Shown: one piece after another, positions 49,009 through 59,722 of the stretch
How positions within the stretch are numbered: the stretch's first letter is position 1
Layout: each line of letters begins with the position of its first letter
Program-made: the position numbers and the translations under genes
The notes under the pieces: model-generated
Told to the model about the DNA's origin: nothing
What the model saw: only the letters and a program-made list of their open reading frames with translations
Database searches by the model: none
Assembly (NCBI GenBank): GCA_963737655.1
Contig: CAVTTN010000002.1
Location: forward strand, 3,840,001-3,904,000
Length of the DNA: 64,000 nucleotides
Origin: an uncultured Planctomycetota bacterium
Lineage (GTDB): Bacteria > Planctomycetota > Planctomycetia > Isosphaerales > Isosphaeraceae
Reading direction: 5' to 3'

Positions 49009-52000
49009 ATGCCTCGGACCCTCGCCCTCGTCACGCTCGCGCTCGCCCTGGCCTCTCCCGCGATTGCCGACGACCCGCCGAAGAAGGCCCCCGCCCCTCT
49101 CGACCAGGCTGCGCAGCGGATGACCGTCCCTCCCGGCTTCCACGTCCAGCTCTTCGCGGGGGAGCCGGACCTCCGCCAGCCGATCGCCTTCACGTTCGAC
49201 GACCGGGGCCGCCTCTGGGTCGCCGAATGCTACTCCTATCCCGTCTGGCTCACGCCGGGGGAGCCGAAGAAGGACCGCGTCCTGATCTTCGAGGACACCG
49301 ACGGCGACGGCAAGTTCGACTCCCGGAAGGTCTTCCTCGAAGATGGCGCGAACCTGACCGGGATCGAGCTCGGGTTCGGCGGCGTCTGGCTCTGCTCCAC
49401 GCCCAACCTGCTCTTCGTCCCCGATCGCGACGGCGACGACCGGCCCGACGGACCGGCCGAGGTCGTCCTCGACGGCTGGAGCACCAAGGCCCAGCACAAC
49501 ATGTTCAATGACCTGATCTGGGCGCCCGACGGCTGGCTCTGGGGCTGCAACGGCATCACCGACACGTCTTACGTCGGCAAGCCCGGCACCCCGAAGGAGA
49601 AGCGCGAGGCGATCAACTGCGGGGTCTGGCGCTATCATCCGACGAGGAAGGTTTTCGAGACCGTCGCCAACGGCACGACGAACCCCTGGGGCCTGGATTT
49701 CGACGACTCGGGCGAGGCGTTCATCACCAATTGCGTGATCCCTCACGTGTATCGAGTCCTCCACGGCGCCCACTTCGAACGGATGTTCGGCCAGGACTTC
49801 AACCCGAACCTCTATGGCCTGATGCCCACCTGCGCCGACCATCTCCACTGGGCCGGGGGCGAGTGGACGACCTCGCGAGGGGGCAAGGGCAAGCACGGAG
49901 AGGCCGGCGGAGGCCACGCCCACGTCGGCGCGATGATCTACCTTGGCGATTCCTGGCCGGACAAGTATCGAGACACCCTCTTCACCTGCAACCTCCACGG
50001 CAATCGCGTCAACAACGACGTGTTGAAGAAAGAAGGCTCGGGCTACGTCGCCAGCCACTGGCCCGACTTCCTGATGGCCAATGATGAATGGTTCCGGGGG
50101 ATCGCCCTGAAATACGGCCCCGACGGCTCCACGTTCCTGATCGACTGGTCCGACACCGACGAATGCCACGACACCGACTCCAACGGCCCGGAACGCCACA
50201 CCGGCCGGCTCTACAAGATCACGTACGAGACGCCGAAGCCGTGGTCGGGCGACCTTTCCAGGCTTTCTGATCTGGAATTGGTCAAGCTGCAACTTCACAA
50301 GAATGACTGGTTCGTCCGACACGCCCGACGCATCCTCCAGGAACGCGCCGTCGACGGGAAGGACCTCGGCGAGGCGAAAAAGGCCCTGGGCGAGATCCTC
50401 GAGAAGAGCCCCGAAACGTCCCGACGGCTCCGGGCGCTTTGGGCATTGAATGCGGTGGGCGGCCTGGACGGTTCGACCCTCTTCGGCCTGATCCGCGACG
50501 ATCGGGACGAGCTGGTCCGGGCCTGGGCCCTCCGCCTGTTCGTCCAGGAGGGCTTCGTCTCGGGCGAGAACCTGAAAGCCGACGCGAAGGCGTCCCTGAA
50601 TTCTCTCGCGGAGCGCGAAAACTCTCCGAGGGTCCGCCTGGAATTCCTCTCCGCAAGCCAGAGGATCGGCCGGACGATCTCCGCTGCCGAGTCCTCGCTG
50701 TTGGCCAATCTGGCCGCTCGCCCGAACGATCAGGCCGACCCGAACGTCGCCCTGATGTCGTGGTACGCGATCGAGCCATTCGTCTCGTCAGGCAATCCGG
50801 CGGCGGTCTCCCGGCTGTTGAAGAACCCCATTCCCCTGGTTCGAAAGAACGGCGGCCGCCGTCTGGCCGAGGTCGCCGACGAGAGGCCCGACGCCCGCGA
50901 GGGGCTTTCGGAACTGGTCGCGGCCCTGGAAGCCTCGGACGATTCCGCCTTCCGACTCGACGTCCTCGCCGGGATCGGGGAGGCCCTGAAAGGCCGCAAG
51001 ACGGCCCGGAAGCCGGATCGCTGGGACGCGGCCTATCCGGCCCTGATCGCCTCGGACAATCCCGAGATCCGCGAATCCGCCATGCTCGTGGCGCTCGTCT
51101 ACAACGACCCGCGAGCCATCGAGGACTTCCGCAAGATCGTCGCCGATCCCAAGGCCGAGACCCCGCGACGTGTCCGAGCCATCGAGGCCCTCGTCGATCA
51201 CCGAACTCCCGGCCTCGGTGCCGAGCTTCGCGGCCTGCTCGATCAGGACGCCGTGAGGGGCGCGGCCCTTCGCGGCCTGGCGGCGTTCGAGGACCCCGCG
51301 ACGAACTGGGCCATCCTGAGTCGCTACAAGACGTTCTCCGACGATCAGAAGAACGACGCACTCGCCACCCTCGCCGCCCGGCCGAGCTCGGCGATGGCCC
51401 TCCTGGACGCCATCGCCTCCGGGGCGATCCCGAGGCGAGACCTCTCGGTCGCCCTGGCCCGTCAAATCGGGGCGATTCGCTCGCCGAAGCTCTCGGAGAA
51501 GCTTGAATCGGCCTGGGGTTCGGTCAAGCCGGCCTCGAAGGAGAAGGCCGCGGCCCTCTCGCGATTCAAGGCCGAGCTCGGCCCCGACGCCCTCAAGAAG
51601 GCCGACCCGTCGCGAGGCCGGGCCGTCTTCGCGAAGACCTGCGCCTCGTGCCATCGCCTGTTCGCCGAGGGCGGCGACGTCGGGCCCGAGTTGACCGGAT
51701 CGGACCGCAAGAACCTCGATTACGTCCTGGAAAACGTGCTCGACCCGTCCGCCACCGTCGCGAAGGACTACCGATTGACCAACTTCGCCATGAAGGACGG
51801 CCGGCTCATTTCCGGGATCATCCGCGAGCAATCCCCCCGGGCGATGACCGTCCAGACGGCCAACGAACGGCTGACGATCGCCCGCGACGACATCGAGGAG
51901 ACCCGCCTCACGGACGTCTCGATGATGCCCGAAGGGCTGTTCGAGAAGCTCTCCGAGGAAGAAATCCGCGACCTGGTCGCCTATCTCGCCAGCCCCACCC

Positions 52001-52023
52001 AGGTTCCCGCCCCGCCCCGATGA
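49009..52023 (+). CDS. PVC-type heme-binding CxxCH protein (membrane-bound dehydrogenase beta-propeller, HEAT repeats, cytochrome c)
   Basis: VPPGFHVQLFAGEP, FDDRGRLWVAE, DTDGDGKFD, NPWGLDFD, RLRALWAL, CASCH, GPELTG, SMMPEGL. Confidence 0.93.
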   Translation: MPRTLALVTLALALASPAIADDPPKKAPAPLDQAAQRMTVPPGFHVQLFAGEPDLRQPIAFTFDDRGRLWVAECYSYPVWLTPGEPKKDRVLIFEDTDGDGKFDSRKVFLEDGANLTGIELGFGGVWLCSTPNLLFVPDRDGDDRPDGPAEVVLDGWSTKAQHNMFNDLIWAPDGWLWGCNGITDTSYVGKPGTPKEKREAINCGVWRYHPTRKVFETVANGTTNPWGLDFDDSGEAFITNCVIPHVYRVLHGAHFERMFGQDFNPNLYGLMPTCADHLHWAGGEWTTSRGGKGKHGEAGGGHAHVGAMIYLGDSWPDKYRDTLFTCNLHGNRVNNDVLKKEGSGYVASHWPDFLMANDEWFRGIALKYGPDGSTFLIDWSDTDECHDTDSNGPERHTGRLYKITYETPKPWSGDLSRLSDLELVKLQLHKNDWFVRHARRILQERAVDGKDLGEAKKALGEILEKSPETSRRLRALWALNAVGGLDGSTLFGLIRDDRDELVRAWALRLFVQEGFVSGENLKADAKASLNSLAERENSPRVRLEFLSASQRIGRTISAAESSLLANLAARPNDQADPNVALMSWYAIEPFVSSGNPAAVSRLLKNPIPLVRKNGGRRLAEVADERPDAREGLSELVAALEASDDSAFRLDVLAGIGEALKGRKTARKPDRWDAAYPALIASDNPEIRESAMLVALVYNDPRAIEDFRKIVADPKAETPRRVRAIEALVDHRTPGLGAELRGLLDQDAVRGAALRGLAAFEDPATNWAILSRYKTFSDDQKNDALATLAARPSSAMALLDAIASGAIPRRDLSVALARQIGAIRSPKLSEKLESAWGSVKPASKEKAAALSRFKAELGPDALKKADPSRGRAVFAKTCASCHRLFAEGGDVGPELTGSDRKNLDYVLENVLDPSATVAKDYRLTNFAMKDGRLISGIIREQSPRAMTVQTANERLTIARDDIEETRLTDVSMMPEGLFEKLSEEEIRDLVAYLASPTQVPAPPR

Positions 52024-52107
52024 ACTCCGGGTCCCATAGGAGAGATCGCCGCGACATGATAGGCTCGGCCGCGAGACGGATCGACCGGATCACGGAGGAT
52101 CGTTTCG

Positions 52108-53910
52108 ATGGAGCCGACGCTTCGCCCGGAGGGTGCCCCTCGCTCGACGGTCACCCGCCCGGAGCTGGAAACGATCCTGCTCGACCATTGCCAATGGGTC
52201 GAGACCGAGGAAAAAGAAGGGAAACCGGCGATCCTCCGGAACCTGGACCTCTCCGGGGCCGACCTGCGGAAAGCCTTGCTCCGGGGGGCGGACCTCTCGG
52301 AATCGCTCCTTCGCGGCGCGGACCTCTCGGGCGCCTGCCTGGCCGAGTGCGACCTGACCGGGGCCGACCTGGCCGGCGCCGACCTCTCCGGCGCCGACCT
52401 GCGATCGGCCCTCCTCCGCCGGGCCAACTTCCATGAGGCGAATCTTCGCGACGCCGACCTGACCGACTCGCTCGGCCTCCTGGGCGGACAGCTCGGCGGG
52501 TCGGTCCTCGCCGGGGCGCTGCTCCCGGCCTCGGCCTCGGCGTTCGACGGCCTGACGAACGTCACGGAGGCGTCGAAGACGGCCCAAAATCTGTTCACGT
52601 CGATCTTGCTCGTCTGCTCCTACACGTGGTTGACGGTCGCCGCGACGACCGACCCGCAACTCCTCAACAACGCCGCCCCGCCGTCCTCACGGCTGCCGAT
52701 CCTGGGGACGGACATCCCCCTGGTCCGGTTCTATCTCGTCGCCCCGGCGCTGTTGTTGAGCCTGTTCATCTATTTCCACCTCGTCCTCCAGAGGCTCTGG
52801 GAAGAGCTCGCCGAGATGCCTGCGGTCTTCCCCGACGGCCGATCGGTGGACAGGCGGGCCTATCCCTGGCTGATGAATGTGCTGGTCCGGGCCCACGCGA
52901 CCAGGCTCCAGGGGGAGCGGTCGCCGCTCTCGCGATGGCAGGCCCGGATGTCGATCGTCCTGGCGTGGGGACTCGTGCCGATGACGCTCGTCGTCCTCTG
53001 GGGCCGTTATCTCCGCGCCCACGACTGGCTCGTGACCGTGACCCACGTGGCGCTGGTCTCCGGGGCGATCGGCGCGGCCGTCGGATTCCGGTCGCTCGCG
53101 GCCAGGACCCTCCGAGGCTCCGAGCGTCGCCCGTTCCTCTGGCGGAAGGCCTGGAAGGACTCGCGAGGCCGCGCCTTCCTCGGCTGGGCGGTCGCCTTGA
53201 CCCTGTTCGCGGTCCTGTCCTTCGGGGCGATCGAGGGAATCGACCCCGACGCCGACGATCGAGGCACGAAGATCCTGGCCCAGGTCGGCCTGGGGAGCCC
53301 CAGGCGATGGGTCCCTCGCGTCTTCGCCTCCGTGGGCCTGGACCCGTTCGCCCACCTGGACGACGCCAGCCTCTCGATCAAGCCCGCCAACTGGACCGGG
53401 AAGGCCCCGGAAGAGCTCGACTCGGTCAAGGGAGCGGACCTGGAAGGGCGGAACCTGCGCTATGCCGCGGCCTATAATGCGTTCTTCGTGAACGCCTATC
53501 TCCGCAAGGTCGATGCCCGAGGGACCGACTTCCGCGAATCCGACCTCCGCCGCGCCGACCTCCGCGAGGCCAACCTCCGAGGGTCGAACTTCCGGTCGGC
53601 CGACCTCCGCGAGGCCGACCTCCGCTGGGTCGATCTCACCGAGACCAGCCTCCGGGACGCCCGGCTCGACGGAGCGAGATTGGCCGGGGCGAGGCTCTCC
53701 GGGGCGAACCTCCGGGGAGCGATCCTCATCGCCGCCGACCTCGCCGGGGCCGACCTCACCGGGGCCGATCTCACCGATGCGAACCTCGGTTCGGCCGACC
53801 TGACGGGCGTTGTCGGCCTGACCTCCGCCATGCTGGCCTCGGCGAGGATCGACGCCTCCACGCACCTGCCCGAGTCCCTCGCGCCGGCGCTCGCGGCGAG
53901 GCGACGATGA
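52108..53910 (+). CDS. Pentapeptide-repeat membrane protein
   Basis: A(D/N)Lxx repeat blocks at both termini, with several TM helices between them. Confidence 0.9.
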   Translation: MEPTLRPEGAPRSTVTRPELETILLDHCQWVETEEKEGKPAILRNLDLSGADLRKALLRGADLSESLLRGADLSGACLAECDLTGADLAGADLSGADLRSALLRRANFHEANLRDADLTDSLGLLGGQLGGSVLAGALLPASASAFDGLTNVTEASKTAQNLFTSILLVCSYTWLTVAATTDPQLLNNAAPPSSRLPILGTDIPLVRFYLVAPALLLSLFIYFHLVLQRLWEELAEMPAVFPDGRSVDRRAYPWLMNVLVRAHATRLQGERSPLSRWQARMSIVLAWGLVPMTLVVLWGRYLRAHDWLVTVTHVALVSGAIGAAVGFRSLAARTLRGSERRPFLWRKAWKDSRGRAFLGWAVALTLFAVLSFGAIEGIDPDADDRGTKILAQVGLGSPRRWVPRVFASVGLDPFAHLDDASLSIKPANWTGKAPEELDSVKGADLEGRNLRYAAAYNAFFVNAYLRKVDARGTDFRESDLRRADLREANLRGSNFRSADLREADLRWVDLTETSLRDARLDGARLAGARLSGANLRGAILIAADLAGADLTGADLTDANLGSADLTGVVGLTSAMLASARIDASTHLPESLAPALAARRR

Positions 53911-54027
53911 ACGGCCGATGGTGCTCGTCGGCTTCCGCCGAATCGAGCGGGCGGCTATGCTGGTGATGTCGCGCCCGGCCCGGACCGGGCTTCTCGAACC
54001 CTCGCCTCTTGCCGATCGACCGCACCG

Positions 54028-55506
54028 ATGCCCCCTCGCCGCCCCTCCCGACCGTCCCCCCGCCCGAAGCCGTCTCGTCCGGGCCGCCCGAGCTCGCCTC
54101 CGTCCGGCCGTCCCTTTCGGGACGCGGGGCCTCTTCGTCCTCGACCGGTCCGTCGGCCTGAGGTGGAGGTTGCCGAGCCGTCCGGCTCGACTCGACTGAC
54201 CGATCACGTCGCCCCGCCGGACGTCCTCGCCCGGGCCGCCCTGGACATCGCCTCGAAGGTGGAGGCCGCCGTCCTGAAGGACGGCCGCCATGCCGACCGC
54301 GTCCTCGCCTTCGAGCTCAAGTCGCGCCGAGATCTCGCCCGGCCCGATCACCGATTCGTGAGCGAGGCCGCGTTCTCCCTGTTCCGCTGGCGAGGCTGGC
54401 TCGAACCGTTGCGCCTGCCGTCGTTCGAGGGCCGCCTGCTCCTCGCCCTCTTGCTGGACCGGCCGACGATCCATCCGGCCTGCCGGGTCCTGGCCCGCCT
54501 CGCCGGCCGGGACCCGGACCGCCTGAACGCCCTGGGCGATGCCCCGACCTGGGCCGCGCGAGCCGAGGGATTCCGTCGCCTTCTGGACGGTCAGCCCGTC
54601 ACGGCCGATCCCTGGAGGCTCTTTCCCGACTGGCTCCGCGAACATCTGCCCCTGCCCCCGGGCGAAGGGCCGGCGAAGCTTCGCTACGTCGAATTCCTCC
54701 GCGTGCTCCAGACCCGCTCGCCGCTCTGGATGCGCGTCCAGGGGGCCGAGGACGCGGCCGTCTGGGAAGAATTGCGACGGCTCGGCGTGAAGCCCTGGGT
54801 GCATCGGAAGGTCCGGTCGGCCGCGAAGCTCGATGCCGACGTGGACGTCTATCACCTTCCCCCGTTCGAGCGTGGGACGCTGGAAATCCAGGACCTCGCC
54901 TCCCAGGCCGTCGGCCTCGCCTGCGACCCCGACTCCGGCGAGCGCTGGTGGGACGCCTGCGCCGGTGCCGGCGGGAAGTCGCTCCACCTCGCCGCCCTGA
55001 TGAAGGGCAAGGGCCTGGTCGTGGCGACCGACGTCGTCGAGGGCAAGCTCAAGGAAGCCGCGCAACGCGCCCGCCGCAGCCCGTTCCGCAACATCTCCAC
55101 CAAGGTCTGGGACGGCCGCCACGTCGCGGGCAAGACCGGCTCGTATGACGGCGTCCTCGTCGATGCCCCCTGCTCCGCCATCGGCACCTGGAGGCGCAAC
55201 CCCGACGCCCGATGGACGCTCGACCGCGACGCGATCGTGAGGCTCTCGCTGGTCCAGGCCGAGATCCTCAAGGCCGCGTCGGCCGGGGTGAAAGTAGGCG
55301 GCACGCTCGTTTATTCGGTCTGCACCGTCACGCCGACGGAGACCACCGGCGTCGTCCAGACCTTCCTCGCCGCCCACCCCGGCTTCCGGCTCGACCCGTT
55401 CCCCCATCCCCTGGACGGCGACGCCACCGACGGCCAGACCCTGATCTGGCCGCAGGTCGCCGACAGCGACGCCATGTTCGTGGCCCGGATGGTGCGAACA
55501 ACCTGA
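54028..55506 (+). CDS. RsmB/NOP-family RNA m5C methyltransferase
   Basis: IQDLASQ, DACAGAGGKS, VLVDAPCS, RRNPD, LVYSVCT. Confidence 0.9.
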   Translation: MPPRRPSRPSPRPKPSRPGRPSSPPSGRPFRDAGPLRPRPVRRPEVEVAEPSGSTRLTDHVAPPDVLARAALDIASKVEAAVLKDGRHADRVLAFELKSRRDLARPDHRFVSEAAFSLFRWRGWLEPLRLPSFEGRLLLALLLDRPTIHPACRVLARLAGRDPDRLNALGDAPTWAARAEGFRRLLDGQPVTADPWRLFPDWLREHLPLPPGEGPAKLRYVEFLRVLQTRSPLWMRVQGAEDAAVWEELRRLGVKPWVHRKVRSAAKLDADVDVYHLPPFERGTLEIQDLASQAVGLACDPDSGERWWDACAGAGGKSLHLAALMKGKGLVVATDVVEGKLKEAAQRARRSPFRNISTKVWDGRHVAGKTGSYDGVLVDAPCSAIGTWRRNPDARWTLDRDAIVRLSLVQAEILKAASAGVKVGGTLVYSVCTVTPTETTGVVQTFLAAHPGFRLDPFPHPLDGDATDGQTLIWPQVADSDAMFVARMVRTT

Positions 55507-55524
55507 CCCGAGGAGACCTCGGCG

Positions 55525-55932
55525 GTGAGTTCCGGCCGGTTCTCAATCAAATGGATGATGTTCGGGGTCGCCCTGGCGGCCCTGCTTTTCGGGCTCGCCC
55601 GCAGGCTCATCGAGTTCGGCGTCACGCCCCCCCAGCTCCTCGCCGCCGTGATCTATCTTGCACCCGGCTGGACGGTCCCCGTCGGACTCTTCCTCAAGCC
55701 GAAGACGGCCGGTCGGATCGCCCTGACGGCCCTGGGCGCGGCGGTGATGATCACGATTCTCACCTTCGCGACGTGCGAGGAATTCGTCATCCTGGTCATC
55801 TTGTTGGTGACCTGGTGGATCACGATGTGGGTAGGAGCGGGCTATCTCGCAAGCCTCGTCGCCCACATGACCGACGCCGCCATTCAGGGGGCCAAGCCCC
55901 GCCCCGCCCGCCGATCGGACAGCCTCCCCTAG
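55525..55932 (+). CDS. Small integral membrane protein
   Basis: GTG after GAGGAG; about four hydrophobic segments. Confidence 0.7.
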   Translation: MSSGRFSIKWMMFGVALAALLFGLARRLIEFGVTPPQLLAAVIYLAPGWTVPVGLFLKPKTAGRIALTALGAAVMITILTFATCEEFVILVILLVTWWITMWVGAGYLASLVAHMTDAAIQGAKPRPARRSDSLP

Positions 55933-55950
55933 GGTCCGCGATAGCCGACC

Positions 55951-58209
55951 CTAGGGGAAGCGCAAGTGCTTCTTCAGGAACGCAAACGTGCCCACTCCAT
56001 GAATCGTGTGGGGGCCGTCGAAGAACTCGATCTCGGTCCGGTCGCCGATCTTGAGCAGTCCGTTGTAAAGCCGACGCACCTTGGCATATTCGAACGCGAC
56101 TTGCTCATCGGGCGCCACGGTGTCGAAGTGCCCGCGCTCGACCATGAACGGCCGGGGGGCGATCAACGCGGCCATCTCGGCGTAATTGAAGGTGCCGCCG
56201 AGGTCGAACTCGAAAATCTCGTACTCGCCGGTCCAGACATAACTGTACGGACTCTTCGTCGAGGCGTTCTTCCAGACCCATTCGTTGAAGTCGGCCGAGC
56301 AGATCGAGAGGCAGTATTCCTTCACCAGCGCCGGAATCCGCATGGCCGACTTCCCGCCATAGCTCAGCCCGTAGAAACCGATCCGGTCGCCGTCGACGAA
56401 CGGCTGCGATTTCAGCCACGCCACGATCTGCCGATGCTGCGGGACGATCACGGAGAACAGCGTCTTCCCCAAAGGGTTCGCCTTCCTCTGGAGCGTGCGG
56501 AAGCGGTCGCCAAAGATGTACGGGTTCTGGGGAGAGAACGTGATGAAGCCCATCTCCGTCAATTTCACCGCGAACTGATGATAGGCCGGGTTGTCCACCT
56601 TCGGGTCGGCCACGTCGCGGGGGCGGCCCTCCAACCCATGCTGGCAAACGACCACCGGCCGCTTCTCACCGGGTTTCATGTCCTTCGGCAGGAGGAGGAT
56701 CCCCTCGGCGAAGACGTCGGGGAAAACGTCCAGGACCACCTCATAGCCGGTGAACTTCGGCTCGTCGAAGACCTTGCGGGATCGGGGATTCAGGGGGAGG
56801 AGCGGGTCATCGAATCGGCCGATGACGTCCTCGTCGAACGTCTTGCGTAACGGCTCGATCGTGCGTTCATACGCTTCGAGAGAGGACGTATCGACCTTTT
56901 TGAAGAACTCGCGTCGGACGTCGGCACTGGCGGCCAGGATGTCCTGGTTGTGCCGGTCGATCTCGGCCCTCTGACGCTCGGCCCTCCCGGCGGCCCGGGA
57001 GGGCGCGGCGTTCGGCGGCATGGGGATCGAGGGCCCGAGCTTCGCGCCCGGCGAGAGGGCGTCGATGAAGGCCGAGAGGGCCTTCTCGCTCCCCGGCGGA
57101 CCCGTCCCATCGCCGCTCTCGACCAGCTCGAACCGGGGGGCGGGGTTTAACCCCTGGACCAGTGCTTTTTCCCTCTGGAATTCGCGACGGACCGACTCCA
57201 CGCCGGGTGTGACGATCCGCCCCGGCCCCCCTCCGGTCCCGGGCGGGACCTCCACGCTCGGGGCCCGGCATGCCTCGACGATCAGGGCCCTGGGCGCGAT
57301 CATCGAGGCGATCTCGGCGTCGCCAAACCTCTCCAGGAGGCCGAAGACGTTGCGGTCGATCGGCTCGGTCCACAGCGTTTTCCTCTCTCCGAAATAGCCG
57401 CTGACGCAGGCCGCCTTGATCCTCGGTTCCAGGGCGGCGGCCTCCATCGCGAGCATCCCCCCGTCGCCCCAGCCGATTACCCCGACGGGCTCGTCGCCGA
57501 CGTCGTGGAACCCGATCGCCACGGAACGGACCTTCTGGATCTCGTAACCGATCAGGTGCCGACCCATCTCGTACGCGGAACGATAGAAAAATTCTCGATT
57601 GGACAATTTCTTGTGAGTGACACCGCGGTCGATCAAGGCCGGGACGAGCACGACGAATCCGCTCTCGGCCAGGCGGCGGGCGTACTGCTCCTCGGGAGGC
57701 ACGCCGGGGGCGAGCCCGACCAGTTGCTCGGGGGCGATCGTCGAGTCGGGGATCGCCACCACCACGCCAAGGGTCTTCCCGCTCTGGAGGGGCCGGAGCA
57801 GGAGCCCTTCGAAGCTCACCTCGCCGAACGCCCTCGCGCGGAAGCCGCTGACCTCGATGGACCTCGACCGTCCGACCTCGCCGAGATTGCCGAAGCCGGG
57901 CGCGAACGACTCCTCGAAGGTCCCCACGACCCCGTCCCGGACGCCCAGGATGTGGGCCAGCCTTTTCCGATTCGGCTCGATCGAATTCTTATAAGCCTCG
58001 GCCGACGAAAAATCCGGCTTCCGGAACGCCGCCCGCTTCGCCTCGGCCTCGTCGGTCTTGCGGAGGAGGAACCGGTCGATCCCCTCGACCATTTTCGAGG
58101 CAAGGTCGCCGTCCCAATCCAGAGGGGCCGTGCCCGGCAAGGGGGACGGATCGTCGGCCCGAGCCGTCAAGGCGATCGAGACCAGGCAGGCGAGCGTGAG
58201 CGTCTTCAT
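55951..58209 (-). CDS. Exported tandem dienelactone-hydrolase-like alpha/beta hydrolase
   Basis: Signal peptide; two homologous halves (IASMIAPRAL / MAALIAPRPF); second half has VVCQHG, GLSYGG and GPH. Confidence 0.82.
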   Translation of the reverse strand: MKTLTLACLVSIALTARADDPSPLPGTAPLDWDGDLASKMVEGIDRFLLRKTDEAEAKRAAFRKPDFSSAEAYKNSIEPNRKRLAHILGVRDGVVGTFEESFAPGFGNLGEVGRSRSIEVSGFRARAFGEVSFEGLLLRPLQSGKTLGVVVAIPDSTIAPEQLVGLAPGVPPEEQYARRLAESGFVVLVPALIDRGVTHKKLSNREFFYRSAYEMGRHLIGYEIQKVRSVAIGFHDVGDEPVGVIGWGDGGMLAMEAAALEPRIKAACVSGYFGERKTLWTEPIDRNVFGLLERFGDAEIASMIAPRALIVEACRAPSVEVPPGTGGGPGRIVTPGVESVRREFQREKALVQGLNPAPRFELVESGDGTGPPGSEKALSAFIDALSPGAKLGPSIPMPPNAAPSRAAGRAERQRAEIDRHNQDILAASADVRREFFKKVDTSSLEAYERTIEPLRKTFDEDVIGRFDDPLLPLNPRSRKVFDEPKFTGYEVVLDVFPDVFAEGILLLPKDMKPGEKRPVVVCQHGLEGRPRDVADPKVDNPAYHQFAVKLTEMGFITFSPQNPYIFGDRFRTLQRKANPLGKTLFSVIVPQHRQIVAWLKSQPFVDGDRIGFYGLSYGGKSAMRIPALVKEYCLSICSADFNEWVWKNASTKSPYSYVWTGEYEIFEFDLGGTFNYAEMAALIAPRPFMVERGHFDTVAPDEQVAFEYAKVRRLYNGLLKIGDRTEIEFFDGPHTIHGVGTFAFLKKHLRFP

Positions 58210-58298
58210 GAGCGGCCTTTCCGGGGTGAGGTCCGGTCAGGCTATCGGCGCCGAGACCTCGCCACAAGCCCCGGTCGATCCGATCCCATCCGACCCGC

Positions 58299-59525
58299 TC
58301 ACGACGCCTCCCCATTCCCCGGCGGCAACAGGTGGCCGAGCTTGTCACGCTTGGCGGCGAGGTACTTGCGGCGCTCGACGGCGTCGGGAGCGATCAACGG
58401 CACCTGGCCGACCACTTCCATATCAAAACCATCGTAGACGAACGCCCGTTGCTTCTTGGGGTTGTTGGTCATCAGGCGGACCTTCCTCAGACCCAGGTCC
58501 TTGAGGATCTGAAGCCCCACGCCGTAATCGCGGGGGTCGGCCCGGTAGCCGAGCGCGAGGTTCGCCTCGACCGTGTCCATCCCGCCGTCCTGGAGGGCGT
58601 AGGCCCGGATCTTCTCCATCAGGCCGATCCCCCGCCCTTCCTGGGGCAAGTAAATCAAGGCGCCGACGCCTTCCTCTCCGATTCGCTCCAACGCCATGTG
58701 AAGCTGGTCGCCGCAGTCGCATCGGAGCGATTCGAGGAGGTCGCCGGTGAAGCAGGACGAGTGGATCCGGACCAGCGGCGCCTCGACCGACTGGAGGTCC
58801 CCCATCGCGAAGACGACCGGGTTGTTCGTCGGCTCGTAATCGACGTTGTAGCCGATGATCTTGCCGTTGCCGTAGCGGGTGGGGAGCTCCGCCTCGGCCG
58901 CTCGATGGACCAGCTTCTCCCGGCGACGGCGATACTTGATCAGGGTCTCGATCGCCAGGATCGGCAAATCAAACCGATCGGCCAGCTCATGAAGTTTCTC
59001 GCGACTGGCCATCTTCGTGCCGTCGAGGATCTCGATCAGGACGCCCGCCGGGCTCAGACCGGCCATCCTCGCCAGATCGACGGTCGCCTCCGTGTGCCCG
59101 GCCCTCCGCAACACGCCGCCTTCCTTCGCAAGCAGCGGGAAAATGTGCCCAGGGCGGACGAAATCGCTCGCCTTCGCCTCGGGGGCGACCATCGACCGGA
59201 TCGTGAACGCCCTTTCCTCGGCGCTGATGCCGGTCCGGCACGAGCGATGGTCGATCTGCACCAGGAACGGAGTCTGATGGGGCGCGTTGTTCACGTCGAC
59301 GACCGGAGGCAACTGCAACTTCGTCGCAAGCTCGGGGACGATGGGCATGCAGAGCTGCCCTCGACCATAAGTGACCATAAATTCAATCGTCTCGGCGGTG
59401 ATGCCGTCGGCCGCGGCGACGAAGTCCCCCTCGTTCTCGCGGTCCTCGTCATCGACCACGATCACCACCCGGCCATGACGAAGGGCCTCAATCGCCTCGT
59501 CCACCTTCGAAAACTCGCCCATCAT
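58299..59525 (-). CDS. ribBA: Bifunctional DHBP synthase / GTP cyclohydrolase II
   Basis: DDEDRENEGD, RPGHIFPL, RRAGHTEA, RIHSSCFTGD, RCDCGDQL, QEGRGIGL, MTNNPKK. Confidence 0.96.
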   Translation of the reverse strand: MMGEFSKVDEAIEALRHGRVVIVVDDEDRENEGDFVAAADGITAETIEFMVTYGRGQLCMPIVPELATKLQLPPVVDVNNAPHQTPFLVQIDHRSCRTGISAEERAFTIRSMVAPEAKASDFVRPGHIFPLLAKEGGVLRRAGHTEATVDLARMAGLSPAGVLIEILDGTKMASREKLHELADRFDLPILAIETLIKYRRRREKLVHRAAEAELPTRYGNGKIIGYNVDYEPTNNPVVFAMGDLQSVEAPLVRIHSSCFTGDLLESLRCDCGDQLHMALERIGEEGVGALIYLPQEGRGIGLMEKIRAYALQDGGMDTVEANLALGYRADPRDYGVGLQILKDLGLRKVRLMTNNPKKQRAFVYDGFDMEVVGQVPLIAPDAVERRKYLAAKRDKLGHLLPPGNGEAS

Positions 59526-59722
59526 CCCGCCCCCCCTTCGTCGTCTGCGATGCCCAATTCGCCAGGCCGATCCCTTCCCCGAGACCGAATCGACCGCCAC
59601 GCGCGATCATTGTAGCCAGGAGGCCCCGAGAACGTCGTCCCGCCGAGATTTCGCTTCAAACCGTCGGCGATCCGGCGATAATCGACCGGCACCCGGTTCG
59701 ATAAGCTCGATAGGAAACGCGA

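Noticed and set aside
59526..59722. Possible FMN riboswitch upstream of ribBA
   Set aside because: No RFN consensus elements recognised in this short intergenic region.
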